Below the pieces are notes generated by a model, which saw only the letters and a list, made by a program, of their open reading frames with translations, did not search any database and was not told the DNA's origin. DNA of 63,407 nucleotides, counting the filler, from Octopus bimaculoides (Eukaryota): the NCBI RefSeq assembly GCF_001194135.2. It is 5 parts of 5 records of this genome, joined end to end, with 100 filler letters (N's around TTAATTAATTAA, not from the genome) between each part and the next. Parts side by side here need not be neighbours in the genome. Positions count along the whole stretch, not along the records: positions 1 to 15,688 come from NC_068983.1; 4 more parts are not named here. One strand, written 5' to 3'. Shown here in pieces: positions 1 to 10,630 of the stretch (positions are counted from its first letter, which is position 1; every line of letters begins with the position of its first letter). The position numbers were made by a program, and so were the translations under genes.

Positions 1-62
<62 letters not shown>
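1..62. repeat. (GT)n microsatellite, one of dozens of GT/AT/GA/GATA/CATA/GAT tracts in the window
   Basis: Direct reading. Such tracts flank most N gaps and generate most of the [12 protein letters not shown] ORFs in the track. Confidence 0.98.
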
Positions 63-67
<5 letters not shown>

Positions 68-463
68 TAGATAGATAGATAGACAGATAGAAAGGCAGAT
101 AGATATAAATATATATACATAGATATGTATGTGTGTCTGCATGTATGAAGATCATTCGTGTAAAGCAGCGAAATGTGGATTACAAGATTCCCTATTATGT
201 TTTCTATGTAGTAAATGCACAAAGAATATTGGCTTGCATTTTAATTTAGTATGCATACTTACACCTCCAACATATGTTTATGAATTAATACCCGCATTTA
301 CGTGGGAGTGTGTCTAAATGAATAGCTAAAATGTTGACCTGTCAATTTTGGTTTCTAGGCGGTTTCACAATTTTAAAGAGGATTGATAAAAAGGTAGAAA
401 AGCACATGATATGAATGGATGAATGAATGCATTACATCATATGTATACACACACACACACAAC

Positions 464-519
<56 letters not shown>

Positions 520-769
520 ATATGCAGTTAAATAGAATACTGTGTGCGTGTGCGTGTAGTTATATATACATATATATAGATAGAGAGAAAAAATGTCGTG
601 AGGATTTTGGAAAAAATCTTTTTATTTCTTCGTTATTATTAGCGCTTTCGTTCGTTTGTCGAACTTGTCAAATAACATTTTGTGAATGTACAAACAGGTT
701 GGTCATTTATATAAAACAGGTGTCTGTGGGGGCTTGTTTTTGATTTTTGGGGTGAGATTGCATTGAAAA

Positions 770-925
770 TGGAGATGGATAGATAGAAATATAGGTAGGT
801 AGATAGGCAGATAGATAGATAGATAGATAGTCAGACAGATAGATAATCAGACAGATAGATAGTCAGACAGATAGATAGTCAGAGAGATAGATAGATAGGT
901 AGAGAGAGGGAGATAGAGAGAAGGG
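770..925. repeat. Degenerate (GATA)n/(GACA)n microsatellite
   Basis: Direct reading. A purer (GATA)n tract is at about 40902-40997. Confidence 0.9.
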
Positions 926-1649
926 AGATCCCGCTTCCTATTTACAATTCATTCATTATTTATTTATTTTGGTCATTTACCATTGTATTGGAATGGATAT
1001 AATGACGGTGACCTCTTCAAAAAAAAAATTATAATAATAATAATAATAGGAGCGTCGTGGTCATCACCGAAAGTCTTTTTGCTTCCTCTTTCCTTCTTTT
1101 TTCCACTTTCTTTCTTTTTCTCCTCTTTGAGTTATATTTAGAAAAACAAAATGTGCTGTCTCCCCACGCCCAATTATATAAATAAATAGAATGAAATAAG
1201 ACGAAAGAGAAAAAAGACAGATATATCAATGTGTATGCTCGTCTATATGTACAGTAAACTATAATATAAAAATAAGAATTAAGATCTAACGGATATGTTT
1301 AAAAAACTGGTAACAAGTTGAGACGAAGTATAATGTAAACAAGGCTACGTGTGGATAGTAGATGTCACGTAACAGGTGCACTAGTAGACAAAAAACGATA
1401 GAGAGTTAGACATCTACATACTAATATCCAAAAACGCAATATATATATATATGTGTATATGTATTACACTAGGCTAAAATTGATAGGCAAGACTGTTTGA
1501 CAAAAGTTACAATATTTAAGTAAAAATGTATATACAAGCAGAGAAAAATCCAACGAGAACTTAACTAGGAAAAACATACATCACAGACAAGACCGGCCGG
1601 TGTATTCGAGACTTACTCTACTCAAAAACCAGCCCGGGTAGTACTTCAT

Positions 1650-2807
1650 TCTGGAAACTTTCCATGAATTCCAATCCTCTGAACTTTCCAGGAAGGAGTT
1701 AATCCTCAGAACTTTCCAGGAACACATCGGAATTTTCTAAGATCTCCCATCATCAGCACTTTCCAGGAATTGGCTCGAAATTTTCCAACAAGTAGTTTAC
1801 CCTCGGAACATTCCAGAAATACCTCAGAACGTAACAGGAAATCCCCGGAACTTTCCAAGAAACCCTCGGAACTGTCCAGGAAATCCCCGGAACTTTCCAA
1901 GAAACCATCGGAACTGTCCAGGAAATCTCAACCTCTGAACTTTCCAGGAAGTCCTCGGAAATTTTCCGGGAAGTCCAATCCGCGGAACTGTCCAAAATAT
2001 AGTTCGTCCTCGGAACTTTGCAAGAAGACCTCGAAACTTTCCAAGAAATACCATCCTCGGAACTTTCCAGAAAGTTAACCCTCGGAACTTTCCAGAAAGT
2101 TATTCCTCGGAACTTTCCAGAATGTTATTCCTCGGAACTTTCCAGAAAGTTATTCCTCGGAACTTTCCAGAAAGTTATTCCTCGGAACATTCCAGGAAGT
2201 TTCTCCGGAACTTCCCATGAACTCCTATCATAGGAACTTTCCTCGAAACCATGGGAACTTTCCAGGAATTCCCCTTCCTTGGAACTTCCCAGGAAGTATT
2301 TCCGCCCCATTCTCGGGACTTTCCATGAAGTACCATGCTCGGAACTTTACAGGGAGAACTATACAGGGAGAAACTCGGAGGGACATTGGAACTATACAGG
2401 GAGAAACACCTCCTCGGAACTTTCCGCAGAGTAATTCTTCCCATTCTCCCGTTTGAACTTTCCACAAATAATTCCCCCCTGAAATTTCCCCCTCCTCCAC
2501 TTCCTTGAACTGTCCAGGATGTAATTCTCCCCACTTCGGAATTTTCCAGGAAATAATTCGCCCCCTCCTCGGAACTTTTCAGGAATTACCATCCTCAGAA
2601 GTTTCTTGGAAGTAGCTCATCCTCGGAACTTTCCGGGAGGTCATTTGAACTTTCCAGAAAGTGACATCGTTGGAATTTTCCATTAACTCCTCAGAACTTT
2701 CCAGGAAGAAGTTCGTCCTCGAACTTTCTACGAAGACCCATTCTCGGAATTTCCAAGATGTCTCATCCCCGGAACTTTCCAGGAAGGGTCTGTTCCCCCT
2801 TCTCCCC
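1650..2807 (+). repeat. Degenerate minisatellite/satellite with core CCTCGGAACTTTCCAG(G/A)AA; 25-bp unit in its purest part
   Basis: Dozens of GGAACTTTCC-like cores. Unit CCTCGGAACTTTCCAGAAAGTTATT repeats with period 25 at about 2055-2185. The array runs into the gap at 2808. Confidence 0.92.
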
Positions 2808-3274
2808 NNNNNNNNNNNNNNNNNNNNNNNNNNNNNNNNNNNNNNNNNNNNNNNNNNNNNNNNNNNNNNNNNNNNNNNNNNNNNNNNNNNNNNNNNNNNN
2901 NNNNNNNNNNNNNNNNNNNNNNNNNNNNNNNNNNNNNNNNNNNNNNNNNNNNNNNNNNNNNNNNNNNNNNNNNNNNNNNNNNNNNNNNNNNNNNNNNNNN
3001 NNNNNNNNNNNNNNNNNNNNNNNNNNNNNNNNNNNNNNNNNNNNNNNNNNNNNNNNNNNNNNNNNNNNNNNNNNNNNNNNNNNNNNNNNNNNNNNNNNNN
3101 NNNNNNNNNNNNNNNNNNNNNNNNNNNNNNNNNNNNNNNNNNNNNNNNNNNNNNNNNNNNNNNNNNNNNNNNNNNNNNNNNNNNNNNNNNNNNNNNNNNN
3201 NNNNNNNNNNNNNNNNNNNNNNNNNNNNNNNNNNNNNNNNNNNNNNNNNNNNNNNNNNNNNNNNNNNNNNNNNN

Positions 3275-3729
3275 GAAGAGGAACAACTTCCAGGTCATCT
3301 CTACTAAATCTCACGACTCAGTTCTGTTATTATATTGTTCGAAGACGATGCTACTTTTATCCTTTCGTCCTTTCTAGTCATCACAGTTCATTCCTTGCTC
3401 TTTCCCTCTCTTCTACGTTGTCAACTAGTAACCAGTGAGCGAACTTGTCACTGCCACTACAATTACCATATTTTCCGGTGTATAAGGCACTATTTATTTT
3501 TTGTTTACCTCCATGTTTTGAAAATGTTATTTCTGTATCTAAAAGAGACTTTTATACTGACGAAATGCGTTTGTTGTTGATTATAGTAAGATAAAATCAT
3601 AACAATAACAATGCGTCACATAGCTGTAAAATAAGGTATTTTGAAATTACATATGCGTCAACAGCAACAAAGATAGCTGCGGTCACGTGATGACATTTAG
3701 TAGAGATGACCCGGAAGTTGTTCCTCTTC
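3275..3729. repeat. 35-bp inverted repeat pair (3275-3309 and 3695-3729), possible MITE/fold-back
   Basis: GAAGAGGAACAACTTCCAGGTCATCTCTACTAAAT is the reverse complement of 3695-3729 with 1 mismatch. The left arm abuts a gap. Confidence 0.75.
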
Positions 3730-3880
3730 GATTACTATAGAAAACAGCAGCAGCTTTCTTCAACCGAATACACGTCGTAGATTGGGAGAAATTACCCAAA
3801 TTCGACATCCTTCACAAGAAATAACTTCTAAAATACGAAATTTTGTCAAAAATGTTCTGAGTAAACCCTCTTGTACATGA
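3710..3880 (+). repeat. Unclassified dispersed repeat; second copy at about 36524-36690
   Basis: Shared blocks ACCCGGAA, AACAGCAGCAG, GAATACACGTC, AAATTACCCAAAT, GAAATAACTTCTAAAA and AAATTTTGTCAAAAA in the same order at both loci. Confidence 0.75.
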
Positions 3881-5015
3881 GAAATTCTACCAGGATATGT
3901 GTGTGAATAAGGGGCTGTGTAGAGGCAGGAGACATGACAAAATTTTTAGTTTCTCCTCTCTTCCAGTCACCAGCTTGGTAATTCATATTGCATCAGTGGC
4001 ACTACGCTGTATATGCTATATACAACTCGCCATTGATTAGTTCCCTAAGCTCTTACATATTACAGACATGAGTCACAAAACTTGGTGAAAGCAAGTGAAA
4101 CTCTAGTGAATTGTAATCACCATCTATTTATCATACTAGATGTAAACACTCCCAAAAATCATGATGCTATGTTTTTTTTGTTTTTTTTTCTGACAGAAAA
4201 CTTCTTCATGGATGCGTATTCGAAACACAATATATATTGCAGCAAATCCATCATCTTCTTAGCTGTTATTTACGAGAACGGCAGACGCATTTCGAACTAT
4301 TTGGTGATTGTCAATACCTTTGCCGAGTTCTAAAAGTCTGGGTGAATGCAATTTAATGAACATTGCTTTGAAATTATCATTTTCTGTATATCATACTAAA
4401 TGTAAAAACACTGTTATTTACATTTATCTTATATAACGGAGAAAATTACAAGTGAGATACATCTGCACAATATTGTCAAGCCCCAGCAAGTAAGACAAAA
4501 AATGTTTCATGAGTCACTGCTGCGATAATATTCGCCTCGCTCCGAGATCTATTGTCTATTTATAGACAAGTCTATGAAGGGATATTCTCTCAGAGAAAAT
4601 CCAGCGCATCATGACTTTCATTGGTGTATATACTATTAGAATGATACATATTGCTTGATAAAACTGGTACCATCGGTTTCCAACAATGGTGCTCGATGTA
4701 TTACCAACTTTTGCTACAGATATTCAAGATAACATTTCTTGTTGACCATTTATTTTGATTAGGTAACTCGTTTTTGACTTATGATGGTACTCTAGAGCTA
4801 TTGCATGTAGGAATACGTATAAAAGATATACTGTAAGCCGTTGAAAATATTTTTGTTATTCCACCATTCCTTTTATATTAAGTAACGTCTGAATAATTTA
4901 ACTATTATCTGCCCGAAATAGACAAGAAAAATGTTTATTTTTTTTAAATTGTTATCAATAATGTCAACTTTCTATGAATCCACATTGTAATTAAAGAAAA
5001 GAAATGAATATTATA

Positions 5016-5177
5016 GGCACAGAAGTGGCTAGGTGGTAAGTAACTTGCTTACCGACCATATGGTTCCAGATCCAGACCCACTACGTGGTATTTTGGACAA
5101 GTGTTTTTTACTATAGCCCCGGGCCAACCAAAGCCTTATGAGAGGATTTGGAAGACGGAAACTGAAAGAAGCCCGTC

Positions 5178-5212
<35 letters not shown>

Positions 5213-5425
5213 GTGTGTGTGTCTGTGTGTGTGTGTGTGTGTGTTTGTCGCCTACCATCGCTTGACAACAGATGTTTACGTCCCCGTAACCTGGCGGTTC
5301 GGCAAAAGAGACCTATCGAAGAAGTACTAGACTTACAAAGAATAAGTCCTGGGGTCGATTTGTTCGACTAAAGGTGGTGTTCCAGTATGGCCACAGTCAA
5401 ACAACTGAAACAAATAAAAGAATAG
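5016..5425 (+). mobile_element. tRNA-type SINE, family A (internal AT/GT microsatellite), near full length
   Basis: Pol III box-A/B-like head, conserved GACGGAAACTGAAAGAAGCCCGTCGTATAT core and AGTCAAA..CTGAAACAA.TAAAAGA tail. Homologous copies at 18970, 41396, 61615 and 62866. Confidence 0.85.
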
Positions 5426-8400
5426 AATAATAAAAGAAATTATTTTAAAGTACAAAACAAATAACATTTCTTTTGCATAAATTGGGAATAACATTTGTTT
5501 GCAATAAGCTGAGAATTTTCAAGAATTGAAGTTTGTGGAATCTTATGATTTTGCTTCAAAAAGGATCTTGTTTTCGCAAATAATGTCATGGTAACGAGCA
5601 TAAAAGTTTCTCAAGGTAAATGTTAAAAATAATTGTGTTGTGTATTTGTGTCATATTTATGTGGTATTTCGTTGAGAGTTATCGAGCAAACAAAATTACT
5701 CAGCATGATGTGACAATAGGGTAGATTCAGTAGTTGATGAAATAGCTTCAGCTATCTAATGCAGCTTTCATTTCAAACATATGAGGATGAATGGTGGTCG
5801 AAGTTTTAATTCATCACAATGGACTTACTAGGAAATAGAATATGTCGTATAAGACAGCCGGAAGATCTATCGAAATGATAATATTGAAGTAGTTGCTGAT
5901 TAGTTCTGTAGATAATAAAGCAACTGATTGTGAGAATACGAACATCAAAAGGGAGAGAGAGAGGGGGAGGGAGAGAGAGAAGGGGAGGGAGAGAGAAAGA
6001 AAACAGAAAGGTACAAAGAGAGTGGAATGTGACTGACGCCTGCCATAGATTTTATGTCGAGTATTGTACAACTCAGAAGGTTCGTGTCACAGACAAGACT
6101 GGCTATCAAATAACAACGTTCCTTTTTCTCTGTACTACTTTGTTTGCTCTACCTTTTACCTCGATGAATGAGCGCACATTAATTGTAATATGCAAATAAC
6201 AACTGTCTTTTGTCGGGTTAATTGTGAGATTACCGGTTTATTTGATATTCGGTTATTGAGTTTCAGCCATTAGTTATTTATTTACGCCATTATTTTGATA
6301 TATCAGTCCTTTACAAAAGATTTCCCCATTAGTCAGTTTTAAATTTAGACAGAGATCTTCTTCATTACTCCCAATGCAGATAGATCGTTATATAGCATCG
6401 AGCGAAATCAAGTTACGCCTGTAATAATGCTTTGTTAAAGATGCAGAGAGACTTCACAAAGAAATGTTGAATAAACAGTGAATGATATGAAAACACTAAT
6501 ACTTTTTTAATATGTCCAAGAAAATAGGTCAATCGAAAGGGGAATGTGATGGAAGACATCAGGTATATGCATTTTAGTTAGTAGGAGAACCTGAATTGCT
6601 GTATTTATGTTTGTTCAATCGGTGTGTGCGTATATACTTGTGATCCTTTTGTAGCTAGATTGCATATACATATTAGTACATATACAAAATCATTATTGAT
6701 ATGGTGTGATACCGGACTGATTTTATAATCAAGTGATTATGAATATTATACAACAGTTGACTGCGTATACATCTAAGTAATATGAAGTATTACATGCAAT
6801 TTTCATTGAATGAATTTGCGAAGACATCTGCTAGCCACAATTCACCATATAATAAGGAAGACATCCGGCACATGCGTGTATAGGTTGATAAGTGCCTTGA
6901 AGGAAGTGCATAGGCCATTAATCATTTCGAGCCAGTCTCCCAATGAGTATTTCTGCCAAATGTGGAGAAAATCTGTTCAGTCGTTTTCCAGTAATTTTGC
7001 AAACACAATCAGGCAGGCAAAGACGAGTGATTACAATACCCTTCGATCGCTTACGCGAGCGAGGTAATGAGGTATAATCAAAACCACATACAAAAAATGC
7101 ATTGAGAACATTTATTTTTTGTCTGTGTGTACGAGGAAAACAATAAATGAATGATCATCAAAATATAATATGTGGATGCATTTGTAAAAAAAAAATAAAA
7201 TAAAAGAGCTGAATGAGGGACATGTCATTTAAACTAATGAAAGGAAGGAAGGCGGAAAAGAGAAAAAGCTTATTTAAGAGTGTACCCTCACTCAACCGAC
7301 TAGGACTTGGTTCTGAATGAAATTTTTAAAGAACTGCAGTGAGTATATGGAAAGACTATGGAATCCATATACACAGGTGTATGATCGATGGTCGAAGCGA
7401 AGACGGTCAATTTGGCATCTAAGTACATGATTTACTAGTCGTAAGATTCGTGTCAGTTGTGTTCTTTTTTTTCTCTTTACATGTTCCATTATATCGGCAC
7501 TCTTATTATCCGGGCTTAAAGTAGACGCTTGAGCGCATGACATCTCCAATGAAAAATTTCAGTGTTTAAGAAATATGAAGATATCGGGCTGCACATATGT
7601 CTGAAGAAAGGATTCTTGTAACGTGTCTCCTAAGTGTAGTCACTCACTTCACGATGGACTGATAGAGAAATAAATGAAAGCGGAATCGAAGTTTCTATTC
7701 GTCATAATGTGATTAGTGTTAAAATGGTTCTGTCACATTCAATGGTCAGTCGGGAGTTGAACGGAACTCAGTGAAATTATTGTTGATTGGATATGTTGTT
7801 ATGCATAGGCGATGAAGGATTCAATTTCATGAAGAGTTGATAGAATTTGAACATGAGAGAGAGGGAGCGAGAGGCAGAGAAAGGCAGAGAGTGAGAGAGA
7901 AAGAGCGAGAGAGAGATAGAGAGAGAGGAGTGTGTTTGTATATGTGATCGGAATGCAAATGTCATCTAGCATAAATTTTATACTAAAATTAGTAACATCT
8001 CATATACTTCGTGTCAGAGAATCCCAAGTTGACGAAACTAGTTTGTCAAATCAAACACTTGATAACCGAATATAGAATGTTGGAATCTTACTTCTGACAC
8101 GTGTTTTATTTATTATTTTTGTAATATTTTGGTTTCTGCTCTGCTCGCTGTCTTGATGAACAAGTTTATTTTATGCTCGATGAATTTACAAATTACAACT
8201 TAGTCCGTCAATTTAAGAATGGCATCTATTTTTTGTGTAGCTGTTGAGTGAAAGTGTTTAATCCCTTTGTTGTTGTTTGTTCGGTTGACATAATTTTTAT
8301 ATATCGAAGTTGTTCGAGAATTTTTTCTGATTAGATTTCAAAGTTGTGGCTTGAAATTTAGGGAGAGGCCTGTTACGTGTATGATGCGGAAAACATCTTA

Positions 8401-8589
8401 TCTGAAAAATTTGTTTCTAAACACATCCAATAGATTTATTTATATTGCTTTAGTTGAGTCAGTACGAATGTCACACTCATTCTTATTCAATAGACCCCAG
8501 TGTGAACGAACAAAAATATCGTAAATTGTATTTAGAGTGGAACACAAACTGATACAGCTTTTAGCTAAGCATTGAAAAGTTACATTCTA

Positions 8590-9871
8590 TCAGATCATCC
8601 CATACGTTCTGTCCGATTTTACTTTTTTTTAAATTGAATGGAATTAATAGTATTTTAGAATGTCTAATGGAATTAAAATTATTTTTATGCATCTGTGTAC
8701 ATTTAAACTAATTAAATATTATTTTACAGAATAACAGAATTAAAATTCCTTTGATTAAAACCCTTTCTAACATGGAAGTATCCAAAGAGCATTTAAGGCA
8801 CATAATGCTTTATGAGTACCAAAAAGGAAACTCTGCAGCCGAAACGACTCGTAACATACACTCAGTTTATGGGAAAGAATACTTGAATGAAAGAACTTGC
8901 AGAAGATGGTTTGCAAAATTTAGAAGCGGAAATTTCAGCCTTGAAGATGAAGATCGAACAGGACGTCCAGTTGAGTTTGATGATAAGCTCCTTGAGGCAT
9001 TAATTGAAGAAAATCCTGCATTATCAGTTGAATAATTAGCAATAAAGCTTAGTTCAAACTATACAACTGTTCATCGTCATCTTCAATAACTTGGAAGTGT
9101 TCCTAAACTTTGAAAATAGGTGCCTCATGAATTGTCCGAAAGCAACCGCCAATCCAGAGTTGACATCTGCTCTTCTCTCCATTCTCCCAAACTCATTTCA
9201 CCCTTTTTGGATAGACTTGTGACTGGTGACGAAAAATGGAACTTCTATAGAAATATTGAATGTCGTAAACAGTGGTTGGTAAAAGGGAAAAAAAACTCAA
9301 CCACAACCGAAAAGGGAACTTCATGGGAAAAGGTTCTTCTCTCTATCTGGTGAGATTGTAATAGAGTACTTTACTTTGGATTTTTACCTCCTAATGTAAT
9401 AATCAATGCTCAAGTCTATTGTGAGCAATTAGAGCTTTAGAACCAAGCTTTGAAGAAAAAAAAGACCTGCTTTAATGAATCAAAAAGGAGTGATGTTTCA
9501 TCAGGACAATGCGCGACCACACACTCAAAAGATCACACCACAGAAGGTCGAAGAGCTTGGTTGGGAAAAAGTTCCTCATCCATCTTATTCTCCCGATCTT
9601 GCTCCTCGAAGCTACCATTTGTTTCGTAGTTTACAGAATCATTGGGTGGGGGCATAACTTTCGCAAGCCAGGAGGAGGTCAAAACTGACATTTCAGAGTT
9701 CTTCAAACCAAAAGAGATTTACATTGCTAGGATTAAAAAGCTTGTAAATAGATGGAAAGAAGTCATAGGTAATCAGGGATAGTACATTGATTATTAAACT
9801 TCAATTAAATATAACATTTGATTACATGTTTTCTTTATTAAAAATTCGGACAGAACTTATGGGATGACTGA
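8590..9871 (+). mobile_element. Full-length decayed mariner (DD34D class) DNA transposon, 1282 bp
   Basis: About 31-bp TIRs (TCAGATCATCCCATACGTTCTGTCCGATTTT / AAAATTCGGACAGAACTTATGGGATGACTGA) with TA on both sides (8588-89, 9872-73) and an internal transposase remnant. Confidence 0.95.
8772..9797 (+). pseudogene. Mariner transposase pseudogene (stops and frameshifts)
   Basis: MEVSKEHLRHIMLYEY..TCRRWFAKFRSGNFSLED HTH region; LVTGDEKW, FHQDNARPH and YSPDLAP motifs. The third catalytic D, 34 residues after the second, reads S. Confidence 0.92.
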
Positions 9872-10486
9872 TATTTCTACCTCTCAGTAATTTAAATAAC
9901 CTGTTTTGTTACTAAAATTAAATTAACATCAAGCAACTTTATCTTTATAGAAACATATATTATGTATAATGAATTTAAAGAAAATTTACAATAACTGAAC
10001 ATCCGAAAACTGCATTATTTTGCAGTGTCGAAGTAATCTACACTCACATATAAAAACGTATGTTGGTATTTCGCCAAGAAAATGGCATTCGGTAATTGAA
10101 TTGACCTACTACATATCACTCGCCTAATTAGAATATGATTCGACATGTTAGTGTGTATGACATTTTAATAGTATTGAAATAATATGCCATATATAGAATA
10201 TAATACATAAATATAAGGAAATTTTGTTTAAAAATTACATAAATATTGAGCTAATATTTGATAACACAGAAAACGACTGTCTTACTGTTTATTATTCTGG
10301 TTTGATCGCATTATCCCAAAAGGACGCTAAAAACATTGATAGATAAAATATATTAAATTTACAAAGTTTTATTGCCATTCATCTTCATCTTCTGAACATC
10401 TTTCTTTCATTTAGCAATTAACTAATATAATCTCTCCGACAACGCTGCAAATCTCTTTATTCATGCAATATTACAACTATATTTAA

Positions 10487-10630
10487 GGCGGCGTGCTGGC
10501 AAAATCGTTAGCACACCAAGCGAAATGCTTAGCGTGCATTTGTCCGCCTTTACGTTGAGCACTAGCGTCAATATAATTCACATATTTTCTCCCCCGAAAT
10601 CTTGTTCTTCTGCAAAAACAATTGAAACCA
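10487..10630 (+). mobile_element. tRNA-type SINE, family B, internally deleted
   Basis: GGCGGCGTGCTGGCAAAATCGTTAGCAC head matches the reverse complement of the 45975-46143 copy. Confidence 0.7.

Noticed and set aside
423-743. Many track ORFs rich in [12 protein letters not shown] or X
   Set aside because: They are translations of microsatellites and N runs, not genes.
1706-2592. Overlapping ORFs across the satellite
   Set aside because: Open frames on both strands are a by-product of the repeat unit lacking stops.
1650-2807. CRISPR-like array
   Set aside because: Units are contiguous with no unique spacers, there are no cas genes, and the context is eukaryotic.
6022-6040. TGGAATGT resembling the miR-1 5' end
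   Set aside because: The match stops after 8 nt and there is no hairpin. No conserved miRNA was recognised anywhere in the window.
6186-6198. Octamer ATGCAAAT sites (also about 7950, 13442, 25772, 37944)
   Set aside because: A handful are expected by chance in about 52 kb of AT-rich sequence.
7598-7628. CUGAAGA..GUAACGU hammerhead-like string; also CUGAUGA on the minus strand at about 1752
   Set aside because: GAAA is broken or the helices are out of register; consistent with chance.
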